NCBI GenBank assembly: GCA_026413945.1
Contig: JAOAJX010000001.1
Coordinates: forward strand, 96,001-160,000
Source: Candidatus Iainarchaeum sp.
Lineage (GTDB): Archaea > Iainarchaeota > Iainarchaeia > Iainarchaeales > DTGL01
Reading direction: 5' to 3'
Length of the DNA: 64,000 nt
In this document: positions 18,475 to 28,658 of the stretch, one piece after another
Numbering within the stretch: the stretch's first letter is position 1
How the letters are laid out: each line of letters starts with the position of its first letter
The notes under the pieces: model-generated
What the model saw: the letters and a program-made list of their open reading frames with translations, nothing else
Told to the model about the DNA's origin: nothing
The model's database searches: none
Program-made: the position numbers and the translations under genes

Positions 18475-18841
18475 ATAGTTTCATCACCACAAGTTTATGA
18501 TGTGTTATGTTTCCGTCAAAAAGGTATGCTACAAGTACATAGTTTCCAGATTCTGGCTTTTGTCCTATGCATTGATTGTTCTCATCGCATATTTGAACTT
18601 CAAAAGGGTATTTTATGTAACGTGACATTTGTTCCTTTATTGCGAGCAAAGAGTTTTCATCGGAGGCGGCTATAATTGAAGCCCTGAGAGAATTGTCCTC
18701 GGCTATGGAAAGAAGAGCTGATTCGCAGTTTGCTCTGACTTCAGAATATTTTGCTTGTGGAGTAATAGTTGGTATGGAGAGCATAGCTAACATGCCAATT
18801 ATGATAACGCCTGCAATCATAACCTCAAAAGTTTTCATCAC
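18449..18841 (-). CDS. Minor pilin-like protein
   Basis: MKTFEVMIAGVIIIG hydrophobic N-terminus with Glu; one internal Cys pair. Confidence 0.65.
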   Translation of the reverse strand: MMKTFEVMIAGVIIIGMLAMLSIPTITPQAKYSEVRANCESALLSIAEDNSLRASIIAASDENSLLAIKEQMSRYIKYPFEVQICDENNQCIGQKPESGNYVLVAYLFDGNITHHKLVVMKLYARPYDSQ

Positions 18842-20868
18842 CTTTTGAGCCTCCTTATAAAAATGAACATTAGAATTGAAATTAATATAAGAATAAAAAG
18901 TGTAATAAAATCAAAATTTTTGTATTTATTTATAAAAGTCATTTCTGCATTTATATCTTCAGACGGCACAGGGATGTTGAAATTCGAGATCTCTATTTTT
19001 AGCCCATTAAATTCATCTTCTGATAGTATTTTTCCACGGTATTTCAACTCAGTGCTTTCATTTGGCTTTAAGGCCATAATCTCAATAGAAATTTTTTTTG
19101 ATGACTGATTTATTTGGGCTGGATAATTGCTTTTTATCTCATTAATATCTTTATCAATTATTTCAGGAATAAAGTCAATCAAATAAAATTTGCTTAATGG
19201 CTCAGAACCGGTGTTTTTAATTGAAAGAATAATCAAAATGGCGTAACTTTTTCCTTGTATTGAGTTTATTTCTAAGATTTGAACTTCTCTTTTTATTGCA
19301 AGTGAGTTCCAGATTTTTTCTGTAGAAGTTGGGATTGTTTTAAAATAATCTTTGAGCTTTTCATAGAATAAAATCTTCTCTTCATCGTAATCTATAAGGT
19401 AACTTTTCAATAATGAAATTTTGGCTATCTTTGAGCTTAGCTGTTCAAGGCCGCTCTTTAATTCTACAAGAGAGGTTCTTGCGGTTTCATAATCGCCATA
19501 GTTTATTTTCTCTTTTAAGGCAACAATCTTGTTTTTTAGGTTTAGCAGCTCTTCTTCGGCTTCTTTTTGTTCAAGCAAGGCCAGAGCATTGTTCTTTGAA
19601 ATTTTTTCAGAGATTTGTTCTGCAAGCTTCTCAAGGTCTTTTGCTTTGGACTCTGCATTTAGCAGGATTATTTTTTCTGATTCAATTTCTGCTTTGTTTA
19701 AGGCAGCATCAAAAGCAGTAAAGTGCAGCATTATTTTCTCGGAAGTTGTATTGTTTAGATTGATTTTCAAAATCGACTCTTTAGATGAATCACTTGGTTC
19801 CTGCTTAAATATCTGTTGTTGCTTGTCAAACGACACAATTATTTTGAAAACATCACCGGAATGGTTTAATTTAGCAGTTAGCTCATTTCTGTCTGTTTGT
19901 GTTATTGAAATAATATTGATTTCGGGCGGCTTAGAATCAACAAAGAAGCTAATTGTTTGGGTGCTATTTAAGTCCAGTTCATCTACTAAGGTTACAGTTA
20001 CCTTGGCCTCACCATCTATGCTCTTCAGCTCAAACTCAGAAATAAAGCCTTTTTCAGTCTTTACGAAGCTTAGCTTTTCTGTTTCGGTACCTTGCGTTAT
20101 TATCCCAGAAATGCTTTTTATGTTAGCGTTTGAATCGAAGGGCTCAACAATAACATTAACCCTCTCTGCTGAAAAATACCTCAAGCCGTTTAAATCTCTG
20201 TGACTCATGTTTAAATCTAAGATACTTAGAGCAAATTCTGGACCTTTGGTTGAGGTTACTAAGCAGCTTTCTTTTTGGCTTGTAGAGCTATTTCCAGCCA
20301 CATCATAAGCCGTTACTGTATAACAGTATTTTCTTCGCTCAAGTGCATTGTGCTCGTATTTTGTTTCATCTGAAGGTACCTTTATATAGAATTCCTTTTT
20401 TATCACACCAAATTCAGTGATCTTAATAACATAATAATCAATGCCACTCAAATCAGAAGCTGCGGCCCATGAGATATTCGCTTTTTTATCTGAAAGAAAC
20501 GCTGAAACGTTTGAAGGTGCTGTTGGTGCCTTTCTATCTAAAATTATGCTTGCCGCAGCAAGAGCTTCGCTATTGGAATCTCGTGCTTTAACATATATTG
20601 TTTTGTTTCCATCTGCCAAATTGCAACCATATGAATCGGTAAGTAAAAACTTCATCTTTTGTGAATATGGTTGCCAATTTGTCCAGCTTTCTGAATCACA
20701 AGAAAAGCAAATCTCCTCAGCATTAGCAATTATTGAAACATTTAGCTTAAGGTCATTTGTGTATTTATTACCGTCTTCGATCAAAACATAATCTATGTGG
20801 GCAGCTATAGAAAAAGATTGGCAAATAACAAGAGCAAAAATGCAGTAAACTAGTGATTTATTATCCAT
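18838..20868 (-). CDS. Cell-surface protein with Ig/FN3-like domains, coiled region and C-terminal TM anchor
   Basis: Signal peptide; LDRKAPTAP...ISW...DLSGIDYY...YTVTAYDVAGN; C-terminal hydrophobic run then RRLKR. Confidence 0.8.
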   Translation of the reverse strand: MDNKSLVYCIFALVICQSFSIAAHIDYVLIEDGNKYTNDLKLNVSIIANAEEICFSCDSESWTNWQPYSQKMKFLLTDSYGCNLADGNKTIYVKARDSNSEALAAASIILDRKAPTAPSNVSAFLSDKKANISWAAASDLSGIDYYVIKITEFGVIKKEFYIKVPSDETKYEHNALERRKYCYTVTAYDVAGNSSTSQKESCLVTSTKGPEFALSILDLNMSHRDLNGLRYFSAERVNVIVEPFDSNANIKSISGIITQGTETEKLSFVKTEKGFISEFELKSIDGEAKVTVTLVDELDLNSTQTISFFVDSKPPEINIISITQTDRNELTAKLNHSGDVFKIIVSFDKQQQIFKQEPSDSSKESILKINLNNTTSEKIMLHFTAFDAALNKAEIESEKIILLNAESKAKDLEKLAEQISEKISKNNALALLEQKEAEEELLNLKNKIVALKEKINYGDYETARTSLVELKSGLEQLSSKIAKISLLKSYLIDYDEEKILFYEKLKDYFKTIPTSTEKIWNSLAIKREVQILEINSIQGKSYAILIILSIKNTGSEPLSKFYLIDFIPEIIDKDINEIKSNYPAQINQSSKKISIEIMALKPNESTELKYRGKILSEDEFNGLKIEISNFNIPVPSEDINAEMTFINKYKNFDFITLFILILISILMFIFIRRLKR

Positions 20869-20919
20869 AGTTCTCAATAGAATACGCTCTCTTTGTTTAA
20901 AAGCATTATCGGAAATTGA

Positions 20920-21312
20920 CTATGCTTTTGAAAGAGCGATTATTTTACTTTTAAGCCACATTTCATCTAAGCTTAAGCTCAAAGTTTCGTTGCCTAAAAT
21001 AAAACAGGGCACTTGTTTTAATTCAATGCCATAAGCATTTAGCTTTTCTGTGCTAATATCAACAAATATGACCTCATAAGTAAATTTTTCAGCCAATTCT
21101 TTGTCTAAAGACAATTTTTTTAGCATTTGTTCGAATCTGGCTGACTCAGAATCATCTGATTTCAAGAAAGCTATAATCTTTATTTTACTCTTAGCTTTTG
21201 GGTCTTGAGTAATGCTCTGGTTTATGAAAGATGGCAAAAAAACTGCAAAAAAGAAAAGCGAAAAAATAAGCAAAAGAACAATTGAAACCTTGACAAAGGG
21301 CTTTAGCGCCAT
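20920..21312 (-). CDS. Membrane-anchored thioredoxin-like protein lacking CxxC
   Basis: N-terminal TM; KIIAF...VIFVD...YGI..VPCFIL pattern. Confidence 0.5.
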   Translation of the reverse strand: MALKPFVKVSIVLLLIFSLFFFAVFLPSFINQSITQDPKAKSKIKIIAFLKSDDSESARFEQMLKKLSLDKELAEKFTYEVIFVDISTEKLNAYGIELKQVPCFILGNETLSLSLDEMWLKSKIIALSKA

Positions 21313-21345
21313 AAAAATGCCTCTTTCTTGTTTATTTTTGTCGTT

Positions 21346-21786
21346 TTAGCTGCATGATGATGTTGTGTCGCTAATTGTATCGCATTGTAATGGAATTATC
21401 TTAATCTCTGAAACTGTTTTTTCATGATTTGCAGTCAGATATGCAATGCCTGTTGCCCCAACATCAATGTAAAGGTTGCTGTTCTTGTTTGAATCTGAGC
21501 TATTATCAGCATACTTTGCAATAACCTTGAAGCCATTTAAGTCAACAGAACCTGTGTTTTCTATCTTGACTGAGACAAGCTCGCTTCTGCCTTTGTCATA
21601 AGTGCAAGAAATTATTGTTATGCCAGCATTGCTGCAGTTTATTCTTTTTCTGCCAATTTCTTCGCCTTTGGTTATACTTTCACCAACAAAACTGTGAAGC
21701 CAACCAAAATACGTGGCTGCCAAGATAACACTTACAAGTACTAGTAAGACAGTAGCAATTATTGGGCTTATGCCTTTTTGTGACAT
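21346..21786 (-). CDS. Archaeal type IV pilin
   Basis: MSQKG|ISPIIATVLLVLVSV; IENTGSVDL. Confidence 0.9.
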   Translation of the reverse strand: MSQKGISPIIATVLLVLVSVILAATYFGWLHSFVGESITKGEEIGRKRINCSNAGITIISCTYDKGRSELVSVKIENTGSVDLNGFKVIAKYADNSSDSNKNSNLYIDVGATGIAYLTANHEKTVSEIKIIPLQCDTISDTTSSCS

Positions 21787-21852
21787 GTGAGTGTTTAGCA
21801 TAGGTAGCATAGGAACACATAAAAAATAAAAAAATAATAAATTTAAGTATAT

Positions 21853-22269
21853 TTAGCTTGTGCAATCTCTTTCAGCATATATTTTTGGATATTCAACAGA
21901 AGTCACTCTTACTCGAGTTGTTGTTGCAGTGCATGTCGCTGTCTTAGTATCAGTTTCTTTTGGTGAAAGCACATCAAAAGAAATCGTGGCTGTTGCTTTT
22001 GTTGCTCCTGTTGAATCTAAGCAGTTTACAGTGAAGTTATTGAGGTCGGTTGTACCTGTGTTATCCAATAAAAGAGTTATTGTTGTTCCGGAACGAGTGC
22101 AAGTCTTAATCGCAAAACTTCCTCCAAGGCCTTTTAAGTCTTCCCCTGTTTTTGCAGTAGTTTCTTGTGTTGTGCTCATTAAGAAAGGAAGTAAAACCAT
22201 CACCAGTGCAACCGCAACTAAAACTAAAAGAACTGTTGCAATTACTGGGCTGATGCCTTTTGAGTTCAT
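21853..22269 (-). CDS. Archaeal type IV pilin (probable major pilin)
   Basis: MNSKG|ISPVIATVLLVLVAVAL; strong GAGGTGAT RBS; first gene of the locus. Confidence 0.9.
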   Translation of the reverse strand: MNSKGISPVIATVLLVLVAVALVMVLLPFLMSTTQETTAKTGEDLKGLGGSFAIKTCTRSGTTITLLLDNTGTTDLNNFTVNCLDSTGATKATATISFDVLSPKETDTKTATCTATTTRVRVTSVEYPKIYAERDCTS

Positions 22270-22381
22270 TATATCACCTCATATAAGTTTATTTGCTGAA
22301 GTATAATAAGAATTCGTAGTTTATAATCTTTTCTATTACATTTTTCAAACTAGAAAATCCGTCAGTGTGCTGAGATTATTT

Positions 22382-22786
22382 CTATTTGTTCTCTTCGAGA
22401 AGCTTTGCTTGTACAATGCCATTCTGCCCAGGCCTACTTGTAACAATAGCTTTGAGCTTCTTGCCTTCGTGCTCAACCTCTATGATCGCACCTTTTGTTA
22501 TAACATTTTGCCTTGCGTATTGCCTATTTGCATCATTCTTTATTACTTGTTTTATCTCTGCAGTGAAAACTTTGCCATTATTGCTTATAGATGCCATTCT
22601 TGCCTTTTGGAGCTTTACTTTTTGTGTTTTTCCTCGAGCTTTTGCCTTCTTCCTTTGCTCTTTTTCTGCAACCTTAGTCATTGTTGGTGGATTACCTTTC
22701 CAAGCAAGTTTCTTGTCGCAACGTTCAGTGCTATGCCTTAGGCCACCGCTAACTTTCCTTTTTGACTTTAACATATATTCTGCCAA
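22382..22786 (-). CDS. rps8e: 30S ribosomal protein S8e
   Basis: N.ANRQYARQNVITKGAIIE...TSRPGQNG; TTG start after AGGTGA. Confidence 0.95.
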   Translation of the reverse strand: MAEYMLKSKRKVSGGLRHSTERCDKKLAWKGNPPTMTKVAEKEQRKKAKARGKTQKVKLQKARMASISNNGKVFTAEIKQVIKNDANRQYARQNVITKGAIIEVEHEGKKLKAIVTSRPGQNGIVQAKLLEENK

Positions 22787-22841
22787 AAAAATCACCTAAA
22801 AACATTAAAACATTTTTGTAAAAGCATTAGTATAGTCCAAC

Positions 22842-23357
22842 ATGGCTCGAAAAAAAATTTTTCTGCTTTTAAGTAAAACAACTTCTGATTTAAATAGTTT
22901 GATGCCAAAAATTAATAAATGTTTGTCTTACTATAAAAAAGACGTTTGCTTTGTTGCTATAGTTCCTGCCAATAGCATACTTAGCAGAAGACAAATTTTA
23001 AGTGCTGCTGAAAAGTCTATTGAATCGTTCTGCTCTAAACAGAGATTTTCGAAGAAGCTTGATATCGAATTTTTACTATACCTTTATGGAAAAACAAAAA
23101 TTGATGAAGCCATAAAAATTGCTAATTCTGGGAAAAGAGATTTGCTCATTGCTATCTCAGAGAAAAAATCTTTTATAAAATGCCTAAAAAAAGAGGGCTT
23201 GGGTAGAAGATCGTTTTCTCTTAAACCAAAAATTGCAGAAATGAAAAAAATATATAGTGACGCTATAAAACACATCCGTGGCAAATTATGTAAAAATGAG
23301 TTAGAGCTTGCGGTTATAGAAATGCAAACTATGCTCTTGGCAAGGACTTGCAAATGA
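22842..23357 (+). CDS. cgi121: KEOPS complex subunit Cgi121-like
   Basis: QILSAAEKS...SKKLDIEFLLYLYGKTKIDEAIK pattern. Confidence 0.65.
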   Translation: MARKKIFLLLSKTTSDLNSLMPKINKCLSYYKKDVCFVAIVPANSILSRRQILSAAEKSIESFCSKQRFSKKLDIEFLLYLYGKTKIDEAIKIANSGKRDLLIAISEKKSFIKCLKKEGLGRRSFSLKPKIAEMKKIYSDAIKHIRGKLCKNELELAVIEMQTMLLARTCK

Positions 23358-23415
23358 AAAATTTGTGAATAGTTTTTTAATTTTTGCCAATCACTATTGG
23401 TTATGCGGTGATTTT

Positions 23416-23691
23416 ATGGAATTTCCAAAGAAAATGAGCAGATACTGCAAGAAATGTAAGAGGCATACCGAACATAACATAAAGGAATACAAAGGCGGCA
23501 GAGCTAGAAAAATGGCAAAAGGCACAAGAAAGCACGAAAGGAACAATCTTGGTTATGGTGGCAAATATCAAGCAGTAGCGCATAAAAAGAAACTTAACAA
23601 AAAACCAACATTTAGTGCAATTTGCAATGTCTGTGGCGCAAAGAAGGTCTTTACTATAGGAAAAAGGTTAAAGAAGCCGCAGCTTGTTTAG
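23416..23691 (+). CDS. rpl44e: 50S ribosomal protein L44e
   Basis: PKKMSRYCKKCKRHTEH...GYGGK...CNVCG; GGTGA RBS. Confidence 0.95.
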   Translation: MEFPKKMSRYCKKCKRHTEHNIKEYKGGRARKMAKGTRKHERNNLGYGGKYQAVAHKKKLNKKPTFSAICNVCGAKKVFTIGKRLKKPQLV

Positions 23692-23737
23692 CTAAAAAAT
23701 GAAAGTGGTTTAAAGCTTGCTTATTTAAAATATTAAC

Positions 23738-24517
23738 ATGGTTTCAAAGGAAGCTGTGCTGTTAATCCTGAAACAGAGGCAAGGCATCAAGTATAATGAT
23801 GTTTTGTCGAGCATACTAAGCGATTATTCAAGCATAAATTCTGCAAGGGCTGCATTAAGTAGAATTGTGAGGTATTTTTCTGCTCTTGGCTACATAACAA
23901 GAAAGTCCGGATCTCTTTACATTACTGATAAAGGAAATGCTTATTTATACAGTAGGATGAAAAGTAAGCTTATAATAAAGCTTAACAGTAGCATAAAAGA
24001 AAAAAATGTAAACGAAACTGTGAAGCAACTTTCTGTTTTAATTGAGCGCAGCAAAATAGAAGATGGACTACTTGATATTGCAAGAAAAAATGCTGGATTT
24101 TACTTATGTGAAGTCGAGCAAATTTGGTGTGAGCTCGACAAGCAATCAAAGCAGCTAGCTTATTTGAGTGGCGTACTTAAAAAGCAAATCGAGATGTTGA
24201 GGGAAATGGATTTTCCAAACAAGAGAGTTTTCAGCAGGGATTTATTGAAGGAAATCTTTGCAAGATTATTTGAGCGTGGGGAAAAAGATACTTTAGTTAT
24301 AACTGCACCAAAGCAGACTTTAGATACAATTGCGTTGAAGATTGGTCTCCAGACACAAGCAAACACATTAGCAGTACCACCAGATAAGGCGTTTGATTTG
24401 TTAGATTTTTTAGAAGAAAAAAATGTAAGGGTGAGTATTGCTTTGCATGGTTTTTTGTTTTCAGTTGGTGAGAATATAGAAGTTGTTGCACCGGCCAGCA
24501 AACTTGATCTACTTTAG
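23738..24517 (+). CDS. Hypothetical protein with N-terminal winged helix-turn-helix
   Basis: SARAALSRIVRYFSALGYI...LYITDKG. Confidence 0.6.
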   Translation: MVSKEAVLLILKQRQGIKYNDVLSSILSDYSSINSARAALSRIVRYFSALGYITRKSGSLYITDKGNAYLYSRMKSKLIIKLNSSIKEKNVNETVKQLSVLIERSKIEDGLLDIARKNAGFYLCEVEQIWCELDKQSKQLAYLSGVLKKQIEMLREMDFPNKRVFSRDLLKEIFARLFERGEKDTLVITAPKQTLDTIALKIGLQTQANTLAVPPDKAFDLLDFLEEKNVRVSIALHGFLFSVGENIEVVAPASKLDLL

Positions 24518-24541
24518 GATAATACTAGGGGGTCTTAATAA

Positions 24542-24612
24542 TGCGGCTGCCGGGATTTGAACCCGGGCTAAGAGCTTGGAAGGCTCTCGTGCTGCCACTA
24601 CACCACAGCCGC
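24542..24612 (-). tRNA. tRNA-Gly(TCC)
   Basis: Acceptor GCGGCTG/CAGCCGC; anticodon arm AGAGC-CTTCCAA-GCTCT; GGTTCAAATCC; no CCA. Confidence 0.95.
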
Positions 24613-24677
24613 GTTATGATTGATACTTCACTAAAATTGTTTTTTATTTGTTTTTGTTGTATATATTTGGGGGTTTG

Positions 24678-25289
24678 ATGGGGTGTTTTATAGTCTTTGA
24701 AGGGATAGATGGTTGTGGTAAAGGAACGATGCTTTCGCTTGCTGCAAAATGGCTTTTCTCTATGGAGTTTGATAACATACTCCTTACAAGAGAGCCAACT
24801 TATTCAGGTATTGGCAAACAGATCAGGAGCATATTGAAGTCTGATACAAACCCCATAGAAAAAGCAAAGATTATGTTGAGCTTGTATATCGAAGATAGAA
24901 AAGAGCATGTTGAAAAGGTTATAAAGCCTGCTTTGCGGCTAAACTCAATCATACTATGTGATAGGTATAAGTACTCGACAATGTGTTATCAACATGCTCA
25001 AGGAATCCCTATTGAAAAAATAATTGTTGCACATAAGAGAATGCTTGTTCCAGATCTTGTCCTTGTGCTTGATGTTGATGTGGAAATCGCGATGGCCAGA
25101 ATGAGCTTAGAAAGAAAGAAGAAAGAAAAGTTTGAGCATAGAGACTTCCTAAAAGAAATCAGAGAAACTTATCTTGAAATACCGAAGCTACTTCCTGATG
25201 AAAACATAAAAGTAATAGATGCAAACAGAAGCACTGATGAAGTATTTGATAGTGTAAAGAGAGAAATATCTAAAGTATTGAAGGATTAG
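24678..25289 (+). CDS. tmk: Thymidylate kinase
   Basis: FEGIDGCGKGT, TREPT, CDRY, PDLVLVLD. Confidence 0.95.
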   Translation: MGCFIVFEGIDGCGKGTMLSLAAKWLFSMEFDNILLTREPTYSGIGKQIRSILKSDTNPIEKAKIMLSLYIEDRKEHVEKVIKPALRLNSIILCDRYKYSTMCYQHAQGIPIEKIIVAHKRMLVPDLVLVLDVDVEIAMARMSLERKKKEKFEHRDFLKEIRETYLEIPKLLPDENIKVIDANRSTDEVFDSVKREISKVLKD

Positions 25290-25305
25290 CATAAGGCAGT
25301 TGCTA

Positions 25306-27210
25306 CTACAATTGGTCTTTAAATTTTTCCCTGAAATGACTCCAAGTTATGAGAAAGACGCCGTGAGCTGGCAAGTATGGTTCTAATATGTGGGCGATAT
25401 TGTTTGTGTAGTCTGGGTGCTTTCTTGTGCCTTCAATCATCAATAGGGTTTCTCTGTCAATAAGACCCGCGTCATTTAGATCCGAAACTAATGCTTCGAA
25501 ATCCTCTTTTGTAGAAATATACTTTGGCAATTTCAAGTCAGCTGAAACACTTAATATCCACTGCATGTAATCTTTTGCTTCATCAAAATTGTTTTGTGAT
25601 GTGTGGTAATCAGCCAAAAGCATTGTGAAAAAGGTACTTGCCCCTACGCCGCTGCTTTCTTGACCATAAGTTGGTGGATAATCCATAATTCCGCCCAAGG
25701 CACTGTACTTTAAGTTTTTTTCTGTGAAATCAACTGTGCTTTTTAGTCGTTCATCATTGCTTGGGAAAACATTAAAAAATGACAATGCAAGCACTGATGC
25801 ATCTGGGCCAGTGATAACACTTGTTGCGTCTTCAACTTTTATTGTTTTTATAAAGGTGTTGAGTCGGCTGTTCCACATGAATGACATTATAGATTCGCGA
25901 AGGAGATTCTGCTTGTCTAAAGGCGGATATTGTAATCTTATTCGATCGGCCACCGCACTCAACTCCCTAAGTGCTGCACAACACACTGCATTGCACCATA
26001 TTTCATAGCCGTAATCCATTGGGCTATAATCATGTATTGATGATGGTGTAAGAACAAGGTTTTTGCCAGGTATTATTTTTGAATTTATAAAATCAACTGA
26101 TTTTTCAATGCGCTCCCAATTATGCTCAGCAAACTCATAATCTGAGCTTTTAGAGACATACTTAGCAAAAGCGTATAAGAAAAGTGCTGTGCAATCTGGC
26201 TCAACTTTGCGGTAGCTTGCATCATTACCATGATAATCCCATCTTTGTGGCAACGCACCTGTGTGTCTATTTTGACCTTTTATTGCAAATGAAAGCGCTT
26301 TTTTTGCCTCTTCGTACTTTCCGGCATAGACTAGGCCGAGTGTTGAAAGTAAGTGTGATCTGGGGTATATGTAATTAAGCATGGCGCTTAAGCCTGAAGT
26401 TATTCCACCATTTTCCAGCTGTGCTTTTGTGATGAGTTCAATGGAGTTCTTGAAAAGCGCTTCGGCGTTTTCTTTATCAAAAGATACGATAGATATACTT
26501 GCTTTTTTCTTTTCTTTTTTCTGCTTTTTTTCCTGTAAAATTGGCCTTGCAATTACTTCTTGCTGTTCTATTGGCATTTCTTCTTTTTCCTCTTCTGTGA
26601 GGGTTTGTGTATCTTTACTTTCAGAAGCGAATTCCTCAAATACGCTTTTTACTTCTTTCTGTGTTTTATCACTCATATAATAGTTATCGCTTTTTGGCAC
26701 TGAATAAGAGATTGTTTTTTGAAGTGGTTGCTTCTGAAGTGGCTTTTCTTCAATTATGGGCTCAAATGCATTTGAAATTTTTTCTTTAGGAATCACATCT
26801 TTTGGCTCTTGTTTTTCTTGGTCTTCAAATAAAGTCTTTTCAGCACCAATCTCCTGACTTGGAAAATCTGTTTCAAGAGGACTCTCTTGGATGGTTTTTT
26901 GGTCTTCGATGAGAGGCTTTTTTATCTTACTTCTAAGCTCTTCCAGGGCATCGGCTGATTCCACTGCTTCTTTTTTCGGTAGGCGTTGCTCTATGTTGTC
27001 TGCTAGGAGCGTAGCGCGCTTTAAAGCACTTTCATCGCCGCTCTTGGCCTTTTCAAGCTCTTTTTCAAATTGATAAAGAAACATTGAAATGGAATCATCT
27101 TGTATTTCTTCTTCAACAACTTTCGCCTTAAGGTAATTTAATTTTTCTTCAAGCGGTTTTACTCGATCTAAGTTAAAATCTTTTTTGCTAGGGACAAATA
27201 GTTGGACCAT
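25306..27210 (-). CDS. GH15-like (alpha/alpha)6 domain protein with long charged N-terminal extension; catalytic motifs degenerate
   Basis: NGGI, YIYPRS, LPQRW..G, EPDCTA, DASVL; about 240-aa E/K/Q/P-rich N-terminus. Confidence 0.65.
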   Translation of the reverse strand: MVQLFVPSKKDFNLDRVKPLEEKLNYLKAKVVEEEIQDDSISMFLYQFEKELEKAKSGDESALKRATLLADNIEQRLPKKEAVESADALEELRSKIKKPLIEDQKTIQESPLETDFPSQEIGAEKTLFEDQEKQEPKDVIPKEKISNAFEPIIEEKPLQKQPLQKTISYSVPKSDNYYMSDKTQKEVKSVFEEFASESKDTQTLTEEEKEEMPIEQQEVIARPILQEKKQKKEKKKASISIVSFDKENAEALFKNSIELITKAQLENGGITSGLSAMLNYIYPRSHLLSTLGLVYAGKYEEAKKALSFAIKGQNRHTGALPQRWDYHGNDASYRKVEPDCTALFLYAFAKYVSKSSDYEFAEHNWERIEKSVDFINSKIIPGKNLVLTPSSIHDYSPMDYGYEIWCNAVCCAALRELSAVADRIRLQYPPLDKQNLLRESIMSFMWNSRLNTFIKTIKVEDATSVITGPDASVLALSFFNVFPSNDERLKSTVDFTEKNLKYSALGGIMDYPPTYGQESSGVGASTFFTMLLADYHTSQNNFDEAKDYMQWILSVSADLKLPKYISTKEDFEALVSDLNDAGLIDRETLLMIEGTRKHPDYTNNIAHILEPYLPAHGVFLITWSHFREKFKDQL

Positions 27211-27761
27211 TCAATCACCTTTAAAATTCTATACATATATAACATGCGGTATATAAAAACTTATCGCATTGGGGCTATAATTTTATTTTTTCAGCAACTC
27301 ATGAAAAGATGTTTTTATCAACAAAGGTTGTAATTTGTGAATAGTGAAAGAAACACTTTTCCCTGAAATTTGTGATTTTTGTTACATTTTTCTGGGCTAA
27401 GTTTAATTAAGGCTATTTTTATGTGTATGCTGATTGTTTCTATATGATTAGTGATCAAACATTAAGCATTTTTTGCATAATTTGGAAACGTTCTTGTATT
27501 GCGTTTTAGCAATTTTTTGGTTAAATGTTTAAAAGAAGAAAAGCTATGAGAATAGCGTTTCGGTATTTTGTGAAAAGGTTTGTTTACTAAGCTTCTCTCT
27601 TATGTCTCTTATGGCTTTTTTTAGTTATATCATTAAACCAAAATCACCTATTCTCTCTTGTTTCGGTTTCTACAAAAAAGCAATAAATTTGCATGAGGGC
27701 GTAATTTGTTTTTATTTGATGCTGTGCAATAATTATTAATGTTTTTACAGCAGTTTTACAT

Positions 27762-28658
27762 ATGAATAAAAAAATTCTAGTAACTGGAAGCAGCGGTTTT
27801 GTCGGAAAAGCCCTTGTTAGTGAATTAAAGCGAAGGGGTTTTGAGGTAAAAGAATTTGATCTGAATAATGGCATGGATATTCTTAATTATCATGATTGTA
27901 AAAAAGCAGTAAAAGGATGCTATGCTGTTGTGCACTGTGCGGCAATTCTCGATGAAAGCTCCAAAATGCTTTTTAAAGTAAATGTTGAAGGTACTGAAAA
28001 TATTATAAAGGCGGCTTCCGAAGAAAAAGTGGAGAGGTTTTTGTTTATAAGTACTGCTGGCGTTCATGGTCCGCAAGATGGCAAAGTAAGTGAAGAAAGC
28101 CCGGTATTACCACAAACAAAGTATGAAAAATCAAAAGCCATGGCTGAAGAAAAAGTTGAAGAGTTTCAAGAAATGATACATATTACAATAATAAGGCCCG
28201 CAATTGTTCTCGGACCAAACGAATATTGGAAAAAGATATTTAAAATGATAAAAAGTGGTTTTCCTCTCATAGGCTCAGGGAAAAATAAATGGCAAATAAT
28301 ATACATAGATGATCTTATAGATGCAATTGCTTTTTGCTTGGAAAATGAAAAAACCTCTGACGAAAAGTTTATTGTTGCAGAAGAAAAAGCACTTACTCTT
28401 GAAGAACTTTGTCTGGAAATAAGAGTTGCTTTGGGCCTTGAAAGAAAGATTATGAAAATTCCTGTTTGGTTAGGAAAGTTAATTGCTTATTTATACATAA
28501 TACCTTTTGGGAAAAAGATAATAACTCCCGCACATGTTGACAGGCTGATAAGGAATCGAGAATATTCTATTGAGAGAATAAAGAAAGCTGGTTGGAAACC
28601 TAAGTGGGATGCAAAAAAAGGTATTCTGGCATTGGCGAAATCTGCAAAAATGCATTAA
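27762..28658 (+). CDS. NAD-dependent epimerase/dehydratase family protein
   Basis: TGSSGFVG, HCAA, YEKSK, RPAIVLG. Confidence 0.9.
   Translation: MNKKILVTGSSGFVGKALVSELKRRGFEVKEFDLNNGMDILNYHDCKKAVKGCYAVVHCAAILDESSKMLFKVNVEGTENIIKAASEEKVERFLFISTAGVHGPQDGKVSEESPVLPQTKYEKSKAMAEEKVEEFQEMIHITIIRPAIVLGPNEYWKKIFKMIKSGFPLIGSGKNKWQIIYIDDLIDAIAFCLENEKTSDEKFIVAEEKALTLEELCLEIRVALGLERKIMKIPVWLGKLIAYLYIIPFGKKIITPAHVDRLIRNREYSIERIKKAGWKPKWDAKKGILALAKSAKMH

Noticed and set aside
20905-20916. Third ATTATCGGAA motif between pilus-locus genes
   Set aside because: Matches the xerA-proximal motif over 10 bp but is isolated and has no partner arm; TTATCGGAAAT also occurs inside rpa, so it may be chance.
12976-22269. 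Archaellum locus
   Set aside because: No recognisable arlF/G/H or archaellin bodies; two TadC-like genes and short pilins fit a type IV pilus.
27211-27761. 550-bp intergenic gap as origin, ncRNA or missed gene
   Set aside because: No ORB-like repeats, cdc6 neighbour, structured GC-rich segment or convincing ORF seen; probably divergent promoters.
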